Shown here one piece after another: positions 27,843-36,337 of a stretch of 64,000 nt of DNA. A program made the translations under genes and the position numbers. Where the stretch lies: positions 32,001 to 96,000 of the IMG/VR virus record IMGVR_UViG_3300018432_000001. One strand, 5' to 3'. The DNA is from a virus. The number at the start of each line of letters is the position of its first letter. Within the stretch, counting starts at the first letter, position 1. The notes under the pieces were generated by a model. The model made no database searches. It was not told the origin of the DNA and was given only the letters and a program-made list of their open reading frames with translations.

Positions 27843-28526
27843 TCAGATGCGTTTCTTCGGCCGGTACTTTCCTCGCGTTTCGAGGTAGTCGTCGGGGATC
27901 TGCTCGACGGGGCCCGGGGCAGGTAGGTTCTTGATGTGCTTCTCGAAGTAGTCGGCGAGCGGTGAGCCGTGTTCCCAGTAGTACTTGGTGTAGTCACGCC
28001 AGGCGGTGACGACGGTCGGGTCGGTGAAGCGGATGTTGCGGTCTTGGACGCCGTGTTCGTCGTAGGTGTGGAGGTAGAGGACGGTGTCGTCCATGGTGCA
28101 GATCTCGGGGAGTTCGCTGCCGTAGGCGCGTTCGTCTTCGGTGATGGCGGTGGTGGGGAAGACGCGGATGGTGCCGCCGGAGACTTCGTTGCGGAGCTGG
28201 AGCAGGTGAAGTTCCCATTGGAGGTAGGGGCCGATGGGTTCGTCGACGATGCGAACGCGGCGGGCGGTGACACTGTGGTCGGCCATCTCGTTGTAGTGGG
28301 CTACCAGGTCGACCCGGCGCGCTTCGGTGAGCTGGAGGGCCAGGTCCCAGTTGCCGTGCTGGAAGGCCTGCCATGAGGCGTCGTGCGGCTCGGCGAAGTG
28401 CGTGGCGCGTTCGAGTTTCCAGAAGTCGGTGGCCTGCCAGAAGCGGGTGTTGAAGTCGTTGAAGAACTCCTCGTCCGGAAGGTATTCGCCGTCGGCGGCG
28501 TTCAGCGGCGGTGGAATGGTGGTCAT
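27843..28526 (-). CDS. DUF6879-like protein
   Basis: FWKLER..F.EP...SW.AF..G.W...RRVRIVDEP..PYLQWEL signature. Confidence 0.75.
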   Translation of the reverse strand: MTTIPPPLNAADGEYLPDEEFFNDFNTRFWQATDFWKLERATHFAEPHDASWQAFQHGNWDLALQLTEARRVDLVAHYNEMADHSVTARRVRIVDEPIGPYLQWELHLLQLRNEVSGGTIRVFPTTAITEDERAYGSELPEICTMDDTVLYLHTYDEHGVQDRNIRFTDPTVVTAWRDYTKYYWEHGSPLADYFEKHIKNLPAPGPVEQIPDDYLETRGKYRPKKRI

Positions 28527-28730
28527 CGCGGTGTTCCTTCCGGTGGGCATGGGACAGCCCGGGGGACGGAGGTCTCCCCGGGCTGTTCGGGTTGGGTTGC
28601 CGAGACGGTGGCTTCCAACCCTGTGTGTCTCATACTTCGCGTGCGCCAGCGTAGCATCCGCGAGACGTTCATGTTAGCCCGGTTGTTAGCAATACTTTGT
28701 GAGCATTGTCCGGTTCTGTACGATTTGTGT

Positions 28731-29369
28731 ATGTCGAACTGGGATGAACCGATCGAACTCGATGAGGACATCGAGCTGTGGGAGCAGCAGCCGGGCGAGA
28801 CCGACGAGCAGTACACCCTGTTCAAGATGTACATGAAGCTCTCCCCGCAGGCGGACACGGACACCCGTGAGGTGCTGCCGCGCCGGATCTCGGAGCTGTT
28901 CGGCAAGACTGAATTCTCCGACCGGCATGTCAAGCGCCTGGCGCGACGTTACTCGTGGGAGCCACGCGCCCGCGCCAACGACCTCGCGAAGGTGCAGTCG
29001 GTGCAGGGGCAGCTGGAGCATCACTGGCTCGTTCTCGTCGAGAACCGGCTGAAGCAGCTCGCGAAAGCCGAAGACATGATCTTCAAGGCCATGGAGGTGA
29101 TGGTCCAAGACGCCGAGTCCTGGAAACTGCGCGACCTCGTCATGTTCTGGGAGACGTCGGTGAAAGTCGGCAACGGCATCCTCGGGATGACGCGCCTCGG
29201 CGGTCCCGAGCAGGCCGCCGCCGCGCAGGTCATGGCCGGAGCCCGCGCCGAAGTCACCGTCGGCTCGGGCGATTCCCTCGACGCCCGCACCATGGAACTC
29301 GCCGAAGAACTCCGGCGCCGCGCCGAACTCGCCGCATCAGCACCGACGCCAGCGATCGAGCAGGCCTAA
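28731..29369 (+). CDS. terminase small subunit-like HTH protein
   Basis: WEQQPGET..QY..F..Y..L...RYSWEPRARAND pattern; TACGAT -10 box 6 nt before ATG (leaderless). Confidence 0.55.
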   Translation: MSNWDEPIELDEDIELWEQQPGETDEQYTLFKMYMKLSPQADTDTREVLPRRISELFGKTEFSDRHVKRLARRYSWEPRARANDLAKVQSVQGQLEHHWLVLVENRLKQLAKAEDMIFKAMEVMVQDAESWKLRDLVMFWETSVKVGNGILGMTRLGGPEQAAAAQVMAGARAEVTVGSGDSLDARTMELAEELRRRAELAASAPTPAIEQA

Positions 29370-29737
29370 CCCGGTGCGTTCTGTTGCTTGTTGATGAGTT
29401 CTACCAGCGCGTGCAGCTCATTGGCGACCGCGCTGGCTTGCCTGGTCAACGTCTGGATGGACAAGGCATTCGGGTCATCCTGGTCATTCGTGTCGTCGCC
29501 GGGCAGCAGCGATGCTGCGGGCACCTCTAGCGCGTCGGCCACGAGGACGAGGTTGATGACGTTGATCCCTCGGCTGCCGCACTCCCAGTGGGCAATAGTG
29601 ACCTGGTGAACGCCGATCTTGGAGCCGAGCTGCCCCTGTGTCAAGCGCCGCTGGTTACGGGCTTGCGCTATGCGGCGTCCGACGAGTACCGCGATCTGTG
29701 TGGCGTACCCGGGTTGGTCGTAGTTCCGTGCGGGCAT
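29366..29737 (-). CDS. XRE-family HTH regulator
   Basis: VGRRIAQARNQRRLTQGQLGSKIGVHQVTIAHWECG...VADALEV; AAGGAG RBS. Confidence 0.85.
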   Translation of the reverse strand: MPARNYDQPGYATQIAVLVGRRIAQARNQRRLTQGQLGSKIGVHQVTIAHWECGSRGINVINLVLVADALEVPAASLLPGDDTNDQDDPNALSIQTLTRQASAVANELHALVELINKQQNAPG

Positions 29738-29832
29738 CAGTCGCTCCTTCAGGATGGCAGCGTGGCGCACCGATCATCGCCGATGGCGCTCCGTTACCAT
29801 CAGCGGGTGCTTCATGTTCTGTGGGAGATCTG

Positions 29833-30273
29833 ATGAACCCTTCACGACACGGTGTCGACACCCATCTGAAAGAGCGGTTGTCCGGTGAGCAGCGTCGTGC
29901 GCTGGGTCAGCAGCCGGTGGCGCGGCGGCTGGTGTGGACCGCGCATGAGGTCGGGCTGAGCATGTGCGTGCCGTGCTCGAAGGTGATGGCGAACCGGGTG
30001 GCGGCGTCGACCGAGGCGATGATGGAGCTGGCGCGACTCGCGCACGCGACCGATCTCGCTCTGGATAAGGCCCCCCTTCACCAGAGCGGCTTGCCGTACC
30101 AGCTCGATGAAGACGCGGTACGCCGCGACCTCGAACAGGCAACGGCCGTGCAGCGGCGCGCCATGGCTGTGCAGGCGCTACACATGCTGGCCCATGATCT
30201 CCCCGGTGCTCGACGAAAGGCAGCGCAATGGAAAACGGACCTGGACACCACTACCGATCTCACTACCGACTGA
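29833..30273 (+). CDS. CxxC helical protein, paralog family P3
   Basis: GGGAG RBS; SMCVPCSKVMANRVA. Confidence 0.65.
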   Translation: MNPSRHGVDTHLKERLSGEQRRALGQQPVARRLVWTAHEVGLSMCVPCSKVMANRVAASTEAMMELARLAHATDLALDKAPLHQSGLPYQLDEDAVRRDLEQATAVQRRAMAVQALHMLAHDLPGARRKAAQWKTDLDTTTDLTTD

Positions 30274-30719
30274 TCGTCGACGGCCCCGGCGTCCGCGATG
30301 TTCTGGGCGACGCGCGGCATGTCGCGCTCGCCGAGAACGCGATCTGCGCGGAGATGGACGGGTGCGCGTCCTGTTTCGAAGCGATCGTCGATGATCTCGC
30401 GGTCGAACCGACGGCGCTCCTGACCGCGCGTCGGTTCGGGTCGCTGATCCTCGGGTTCGCCGAGGGCATCACCCCGATCGGCTCCGATGAGGAAGCGCAG
30501 GAGCTGCAGGCGATCATCGCGCACCTCGCAGAGTCACGGGGGCTCGCGGCCGAGCTGCTGCGGTTCTGCGCCATGAACATGATCGCTGCCCACCACGCGC
30601 ACGACGCCCACCCGCACAGCCATAGCCATGGCCATGGGGAGAAGACGAAGAAGCGGAAGGTAGTGCGTCATCCGGGGCGGCGCGTGCGCACGAAGGAAGA
30701 GCGCCAGGGAGACAGCTAG
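30228..30719 (+). CDS. CxxC helical protein with His-rich tail, family P3
   Basis: DGCASCFEAIVDDLA; HHAHDAHPHSHSHGHG; start uncertain. Confidence 0.65.
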   Translation: MENGPGHHYRSHYRLIVDGPGVRDVLGDARHVALAENAICAEMDGCASCFEAIVDDLAVEPTALLTARRFGSLILGFAEGITPIGSDEEAQELQAIIAHLAESRGLAAELLRFCAMNMIAAHHAHDAHPHSHSHGHGEKTKKRKVVRHPGRRVRTKEERQGDS

Positions 30720-31141
30720 GAGCGCGGGGCGGTGACCGCACCGAGGAAACGGATGGCATGAACACGGCAGCCGCACGGCTGGTTCGTCTCCTCCAGGGAG
30801 ACCAGGCCCTGATCGTTGACGCGGTAGATCCCGGTGTAGCCGATGAGGCCCGCGTCGCAGTCGCGGCAGCGCGGCGGCAGCTCCGCATCGATGTCGCCGG
30901 TGTGGGCGCTGCCGTGTCGTTGGGCGACGATGCGTTGCATGTCGTGTGCTTTCCGGAAGCTGAGGGCGAGTATCCAGTGCTGGAGCATGACGATGACCGA
31001 CGTGATCAGCACGAGTGTGCTGGTGCTGGCAACTACGGTGTTGATCTGCTGCGGCGAGAAGACGGCGAGGGCCAGGACGGTCGCGGAACCGCCGAACACG
31101 CCGAAGGCAGCGAGCAGGCTAAGCAGGCGTATCGAGATCAT
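30716..31141 (-). CDS. two-TM membrane protein with C-terminal Zn ribbon
   Basis: Two hydrophobic helices; CRDC...PCGC. Confidence 0.7.
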   Translation of the reverse strand: MISIRLLSLLAAFGVFGGSATVLALAVFSPQQINTVVASTSTLVLITSVIVMLQHWILALSFRKAHDMQRIVAQRHGSAHTGDIDAELPPRCRDCDAGLIGYTGIYRVNDQGLVSLEETNQPCGCRVHAIRFLGAVTAPRS

Positions 31142-31197
31142 GGAGTGCCGTCCTTGCTGGTCGTAGATTCGCCGGAGTCTGAGTCGCAGATTCGTCG

Positions 31198-32070
31198 CTA
31201 GTCGAGCTCGCCGAAGATCTTCTCGGTCTTCCTGCAGGCGCTCATGAATTCATTGATGCCCATGGTCGTCACTCCCAGCAGCCGCACCATCGTGGAGGGC
31301 AGCAGTGTCGCCACCGACAAGTGGGTGGTCTCGTCCATCCAGTTGTCTTCCTTCGGGTCGAAGCAGGCATCGATGATCTGCTCCAACACCTCGACGGGAA
31401 ACTCGCCGTGGAGGCGCTCCATGTCCTTCGCGAGGCGGTCGCGTTCGTCGCGGCTGGGATTGCGTCCCCCGAAGAGCGTGTGGAGAGCGCCGCTGGCGGC
31501 GTTGTAGACCATGATCGAACGCTGATGAGGAGTTTTCGTGTCGTCCGCGAACAGCAGGCGCGCGGCGCGGCTGGGATCGATGCAGACCGTCCGGTAGAAC
31601 TCGGCGTAGTCCTCCCCCCATGCTTCGATCACTGACTGGCGTCCCTCCTGGAAATGGTTCACCGCCTTGTCCACCCACCGGTTGATGTCGGCCTCGGAGG
31701 CGGTGGCGCCGGAGTAGATGCCGTGCGGCAGGAGGAACGCGATCCGCCGCATGATGCGCGGATCGATCGAATCCAAGCGTCGCTGCATGGCCACCGAATC
31801 GGGGACGAAGCAGCTCTCGATGACCGTCGCCAGCGCGAACGTGTCGATCGGTTCGTCGAAGATCCGGCGCATCCGGGAGGCGAGGGCCCGGATCTGCGCG
31901 GGCCCCGGCAGTTTCTGGAAGCCGGACATGATGGCCTGCTGTGCGGCGACCGAGCGGAGCATCGCGCGTTCGTTCTTCGACCACTGGTCGAGTTCGGGTT
32001 CGGCGGCGGCGGGGTCGGTAAGGACGAGGCGGAAGAAGCGGACGACAGCCGGGTCGGGTGGGTGGTTCAT
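31198..32070 (-). CDS. helical protein with internal two-fold duplication
   Basis: FFRLVLTDP...VIESCF versus FYRTVCIDP...IIDACF. Confidence 0.75.
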   Translation of the reverse strand: MNHPPDPAVVRFFRLVLTDPAAAEPELDQWSKNERAMLRSVAAQQAIMSGFQKLPGPAQIRALASRMRRIFDEPIDTFALATVIESCFVPDSVAMQRRLDSIDPRIMRRIAFLLPHGIYSGATASEADINRWVDKAVNHFQEGRQSVIEAWGEDYAEFYRTVCIDPSRAARLLFADDTKTPHQRSIMVYNAASGALHTLFGGRNPSRDERDRLAKDMERLHGEFPVEVLEQIIDACFDPKEDNWMDETTHLSVATLLPSTMVRLLGVTTMGINEFMSACRKTEKIFGELD

Positions 32071-32071
32071 G

Positions 32072-32153
32072 TGGACCGGGCAGGATTTGAACCTGCGATG
32101 CGTGATGCAGCTGGTTTACAGCCAGCCCCTTTTGGCCGCTCGGGCACCGATCC
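32072..32153 (-). tRNA. tRNA-Tyr(GTA)
   Basis: Acceptor GGATCGG/CCGGTCC+A; anticodon arm GCTGG-CTGTAAA-CCAGC; long variable arm; GGTTCAAATCC; no encoded CCA. Confidence 0.92.
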
Positions 32154-32162
32154 TTGTCGCCC

Positions 32163-32388
32163 GACTCCCCCCCTGGTGAAGCCGGGCGCGCCCGCTCTGC
32201 GGGGAGTCCTACAGGTGTCCAAAGGTCACGCACGGCCTTCCCCGACAAGAAGCGACGTGAGTCTAACACGCAGTGCGGGAACGCCGGTGGTGCGTTTGGG
32301 GTGATCGGCGGCGCCTCGAACCGTGTGAAGAAGCAATGCGACGCCGCCGAAACCGTGCCGGGTGTTGCCTAATCTCACCCGCACTGCG
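32163..32388 (-). ncRNA. candidate structured RNA upstream of tRNA-Tyr
   Basis: 11-bp closing stem 32269-32279/32378-32388 with nested 9-bp stem 32305-32313/32342-32350; further stem GACTCCCC/GGGGAGTC. Confidence 0.45.
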
Positions 32389-32390
32389 GG

Positions 32391-32669
32391 TCATTGGCAC
32401 GGGGGTTGCTCACCCGGAGGTGAGTATACGTCATCCGCATCGTGAGCGCATGTCATGTCCGGGACCTCGCCGTTGATGGCGAGTTCCTCGACCTGCTCGG
32501 CGATGCCGCGAATGAACTGGGCGAGTTCGACCGTGACGACGACCTGCCGGTCGTCGCCGTAGTGCGGGAGGATCGATGCCGAGAGCTGCCCGGCGGCGAT
32601 GGGGTATTCATCGCCTTCGGGGCCGCGCATGACCATCGTCCATTCGCCCAGATTCATCGTGCTCGCCAT
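32391..32669 (-). CDS. hypothetical protein
   Basis: AGGAG RBS directly after TerL stop. Confidence 0.65.
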   Translation of the reverse strand: MASTMNLGEWTMVMRGPEGDEYPIAAGQLSASILPHYGDDRQVVVTVELAQFIRGIAEQVEELAINGEVPDMTCAHDADDVYSPPGEQPPCQ

Positions 32670-32677
32670 TCGCGCTC

Positions 32678-34192
32678 CTAGAAGAGGTCCGTGGTGGCCC
32701 AGTCGACCGGGTCGGCGTGGATGCTGATCCCGATCGGCGGTTCGATGACTTCGCCTCGTCCGTATCCAGATCCCTTGAGGAGTCCTTGTGCGAGGTAGAC
32801 CGTGGCGTCGATGCGTCCGGGGCTCTCTCGGGAACCGGGCTGCCAGGTCGTCCACTGCTGGATGAGCTTGTCATGTTCGCCTACCAGGCGGATGTCGCCT
32901 TGTACCCAGTATTGGGCAACGGGGTCCGCGCGAATGCGTTTTCCGTATCGGGCGCGAACTTCATCTATTCGGGGGATGGGGACATCAGGCGGAATGGCAC
33001 CGTCTTCTTCCAGATCGGACCATGCTGACTGGATCTGGAGCTTGCACATCTCGCCGCCGAAGTTCGTCTCCACGAAGATGACGTCGGCCATCAGCTCGTA
33101 GGACAGGAGGGCGACCTCGCGGGCCCATTCGGTGGGGCTGGCCTGGCGGGACTTGTCGTCGGTGATGTAGCAGCGGTTGTCGTCGCCGAGGAATCCGGCG
33201 ACGATCCCGGCTTCGTCGCCGCCTGCGGTGCCGGAGGGGTCGACGGCGACGGCGACGCGGAGCTTGTCGGGGAGTGGTTCCCCGGGGCGGTGGCGGGATG
33301 CTTCGATCTGTTCGAGGTTGAGCAGGGCGCCCTCAACGGGCTGGGGGTCGCACTGGAAGAGGGCGAACCAGTCGCGCTTGGACAGCGAGGACTGTAGGCC
33401 GCCCCAGTGGGCGAGGAGCGCGTTCTTGTCCTTGTGAGGGATTTTCGGGTGGCCGAGGGGTTCGCCGAGGGCGCGGCCGAGCGGATCGTTCGCGTCGACG
33501 GCGATCGCCGGGAGGCGGATGATGTCCCACTCGTCGCCTTCGCGTTGCAGGAGGCGACCGGCGATGTCGTCTTCATGCCAGCGGGTGAGGACGAGGACGA
33601 TGGGTGCGCCGGGGGAGCCTCGGGTGATGAACGTGGAGGTCCACCAGTGGTCGACGGCGTCGCGGAAGATCTTCGATTCCGCTTCATCGCGGTCTTTGTG
33701 AGGGTCGTCACAGATGAGTAGGTCGCCGTCATGGCCCGTGAGGCCCGAGCCCACGCCGACAGTTTTCATGCCGCCACCGGCAGTGAGTTTCCAGGCTTGG
33801 GCGGTCCGCTGCTCCGGGGAGATGGTCAAGCCGAGCTTGTGGCCGTGCTCGCGGACGGCCTTGCGGACGTCGCGGCCCCAGTTCTTGGCCAGGTCTGAGC
33901 CGTAAGCGGCGGCGACGACCTGGTGGTGGGGACGATGGGCGAGCCACCACAGCGGGAACTTCTTGGTGACCAGTTCGCTCTTGCCGGTGCGAGGCGGCGC
34001 GAAGATCATGAGCTTGCGCTTGCCGCCGGGCTGGCCCAGCCGCGCCAGGCGCTCGCCGATGAGGCGGTGGTGGGGGCAGATCTGATAGCGCGGTTCAAGC
34101 CACGCGCCGAGACTGGCGGGATCGTGAAGGGCCTGGACGCGCGCGGCGTAGGCGTACAGCTCCGCGTCAGACAACTTCGAAAGATCCGGCAT
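32678..34192 (-). CDS. terL: terminase large subunit
   Basis: PPRTGKSEL Walker A, LLICDDPHKD Walker B, TRWHEDD, VAVDPSG nuclease motif. Confidence 0.95.
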   Translation of the reverse strand: MPDLSKLSDAELYAYAARVQALHDPASLGAWLEPRYQICPHHRLIGERLARLGQPGGKRKLMIFAPPRTGKSELVTKKFPLWWLAHRPHHQVVAAAYGSDLAKNWGRDVRKAVREHGHKLGLTISPEQRTAQAWKLTAGGGMKTVGVGSGLTGHDGDLLICDDPHKDRDEAESKIFRDAVDHWWTSTFITRGSPGAPIVLVLTRWHEDDIAGRLLQREGDEWDIIRLPAIAVDANDPLGRALGEPLGHPKIPHKDKNALLAHWGGLQSSLSKRDWFALFQCDPQPVEGALLNLEQIEASRHRPGEPLPDKLRVAVAVDPSGTAGGDEAGIVAGFLGDDNRCYITDDKSRQASPTEWAREVALLSYELMADVIFVETNFGGEMCKLQIQSAWSDLEEDGAIPPDVPIPRIDEVRARYGKRIRADPVAQYWVQGDIRLVGEHDKLIQQWTTWQPGSRESPGRIDATVYLAQGLLKGSGYGRGEVIEPPIGISIHADPVDWATTDLF

Positions 34193-34239
34193 AACCCGAA
34201 TCTACCTGAATGTCCGTTTTATTCAGCTATGAGACGAGT

Positions 34240-34547
34240 GCGCCGCGCTGCCATCGAGGTTAGAGCCGTGAAGCAGCGCGGCGCGTAATCTCCCGCGCAG
34301 AAACCCCTGCGCAGCCTGCACGGCCGTGTCCGATGCACGCCGTGCACGGCAGGGTCCCACCCTGCGATCTGCGATTGCGCCGGGCGCCCCGCCTGAACGT
34401 CGGGACCATCGGAGCCTCCGATGCTACCTGGAGGTGTGGCCTCACTGGTGAGCGCGTCACTTCTCACCGCACCCAGCGTCTGGGCTAACGTCCGGCTCCC
34501 CCCTTGCGCGTAGGGGGCCGACTGGCGGCGAGACCACGGTATGCCAG
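34240..34547. ncRNA. candidate multi-hairpin ncRNA
   Basis: About 11 back-to-back hairpins fill a 310-nt intergenic gap. Confidence 0.55.
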
Positions 34548-34556
34548 CTACCTGGT

Positions 34557-34799
34557 TTATAGCATCTGGTCAGGGGCGTTGCTCAGCCACAAGCCGAACT
34601 CGGTGGTGCCTTCGGCGTGCACGCTGGAGTGGCTGACCATCCACATCAGCGCGGCTTGGCGCGTGTCGGCCGTGGCACAGGCACTGCACGAGCTGCGCCC
34701 CTGGCAGCAGATGATCACCGGATAGCAGTATCCGATGTCGTCGAGCAGCCGGTTGAACGACCACAGGGGACTGCCCACCAGCAGTGCGTCAGGGTTCAT
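34557..34799 (-). CDS. small Cys-rich protein
   Basis: CCQGRSSCSAC; overlaps upstream stop. Confidence 0.55.
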   Translation of the reverse strand: MNPDALLVGSPLWSFNRLLDDIGYCYPVIICCQGRSSCSACATADTRQAALMWMVSHSSVHAEGTTEFGLWLSNAPDQML

Positions 34800-35148
34800 G
34801 CCCTGATCCTAAGCGCGGAGGTGGCGCGGTGAGGTCGTCTTCGCGGATGAAGTAGGCACGCGGCGCCGTCCACCACGCGATGGTCTGACCGCCGTCGCCG
34901 GTGAACGGCGCCTCGCCGTAGAGCACGAACACACCCGGGGCCACCGTGATGTACCCCTGGGGTGGATCGCTGCCATAGTCGTCCCGGTCGCGGCGACCCA
35001 CGTGGATCTGGATGCCCGGGTCGAGCTTGCCTTCCATGTCGGTGGCCCAGTCCGCCAGCCGCAGCATCAGCCGGGACTTCAGCGCGGGAGGACACACTAG
35101 GGTGATCGGCGGCTGGAACAGATAGGAATGGTCGACCTGCTCGCTCAC
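34789..35148 (-). CDS. standalone anchor-family domain (paralog of FN3-protein N-domain)
   Basis: GTG start after GGAGG; LKSRLMLRLADWA...YGEAPFTGDGGQTI...YFIREDDL. Confidence 0.7.
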   Translation of the reverse strand: MSEQVDHSYLFQPPITLVCPPALKSRLMLRLADWATDMEGKLDPGIQIHVGRRDRDDYGSDPPQGYITVAPGVFVLYGEAPFTGDGGQTIAWWTAPRAYFIREDDLTAPPPRLGSGHEP

Positions 35149-35492
35149 ATGACCTCCGGATCTTTGAGGAGGTCGGCGGCCGTGATCGTGAATGATGGGC
35201 TGTGGAACAGCTCGTGCCACCAGCGCCAGCGGATCGTCTTGCCCCGCGAGGTGAACGGCAGCGGCCCGTACTGGTCGAGCATCGGTGCTTCCAGCGTCCA
35301 GTAGGCCATGCCACTGCAGCCGCAGGAGGAGCCGGTGCGGTAGTGCAGGCGCACATCCGTGCGGCCCTCGGAGGTGGCGCACCACGAGACCAGCGCCTGC
35401 GCGAGACGCTGTTTCACTGCTTTGTCCTGCGGCAGGAGTTCGATCAGGCGCGGATCGCGGCGCACCGATACGGACAGCACGGGATCTCTCAT
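35145..35492 (-). CDS. standalone anchor-family domain (paralog of FN3-protein N-domain)
   Basis: IELLPQD...KQRLAQALVSW...GRTDVRLHY...YGPLPFT. Confidence 0.75.
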   Translation of the reverse strand: MRDPVLSVSVRRDPRLIELLPQDKAVKQRLAQALVSWCATSEGRTDVRLHYRTGSSCGCSGMAYWTLEAPMLDQYGPLPFTSRGKTIRWRWWHELFHSPSFTITAADLLKDPEVM

Positions 35493-35911
35493 GACTGCTC
35501 CACCTCGGCAGGCGTCGGTGTCCACGGGAGCACGATTCCGTCGCCTTTGCTTCTGGGCAGGTAGTGCAGATGGAGGTGGTCGACGGTCTGGGTCGCTTCG
35601 GCGCCGACGTTGATGATGAGGTTGAAAGGTCTGCGCTGGGCAAGGGCGTACTGCCAGGCGGCCATCCACATGTACGCGGTCGGCGAGTGGCTGACGGCGA
35701 CGCCGTGGTCTTTGGTGACGTGCAGGCGCGGGATGAACAGCACGTGGCCCTCGACGCGAGGGTTGAGGGGGACGATCGCGATGGCGTTGGTGAACTTGGC
35801 GACGACCTGGGCGGGCGCCTGACCGGTGATGATCTGGCAGAACGGGCACGGATCGCTGGAGCGGGCGTCCCCCTCGGTGGTGCTCGCTGCTTGACTGGAC
35901 GCCCGCGTCAT
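35489..35911 (-). CDS. HIT (histidine triad) family nucleotide hydrolase
   Basis: CPFC...PLNP..EGHVLFIP..H...NVG..A.QTVDHLHLH. Confidence 0.9.
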   Translation of the reverse strand: MTRASSQAASTTEGDARSSDPCPFCQIITGQAPAQVVAKFTNAIAIVPLNPRVEGHVLFIPRLHVTKDHGVAVSHSPTAYMWMAAWQYALAQRRPFNLIINVGAEATQTVDHLHLHYLPRSKGDGIVLPWTPTPAEVEQS

Positions 35912-36306
35912 GCTCCTGCTTCCACAGTGTATCCGATCGATTCTCGCGTCCACATCGAACATGGACCGGTCGTGTCGATGAGGTGATACTCACCGGATTC
36001 GACGATGCCGCCGGTGGCCAGCGGGTGGCGCTGGAGCCGCGCGCAGGCCGCGATGCCGATACGAGGCCGCGCGCCGGTACGTCGCTGGCGGGCAAGGTAC
36101 CGCTTCGCGCAGCGGCGCTCGGCCTTGGTCGTGCGCGGTTCGCACAGCAGCCCGGCAGCGCGGAGCTTCGGGCCGAGGACGTCGGTGAGGCAGGCGGACA
36201 GCTGCTCGAAAGAGTCCTGCAGGCCCTGAACGGCATCGCCCAGCGCCTGCCCCACGGTATGGAGGTACGCCCGCAGGGACGCGAACGGCATGTTTGAATC
36301 GCTCAT
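35908..36306 (-). CDS. hypothetical protein
   Basis: ORF track; ATGA overlap with HIT. Confidence 0.6.
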   Translation of the reverse strand: MSDSNMPFASLRAYLHTVGQALGDAVQGLQDSFEQLSACLTDVLGPKLRAAGLLCEPRTTKAERRCAKRYLARQRRTGARPRIGIAACARLQRHPLATGGIVESGEYHLIDTTGPCSMWTRESIGYTVEAGA

Positions 36307-36337
36307 CTATCCATGTTCGCGCACACCGGCTGCGAAA

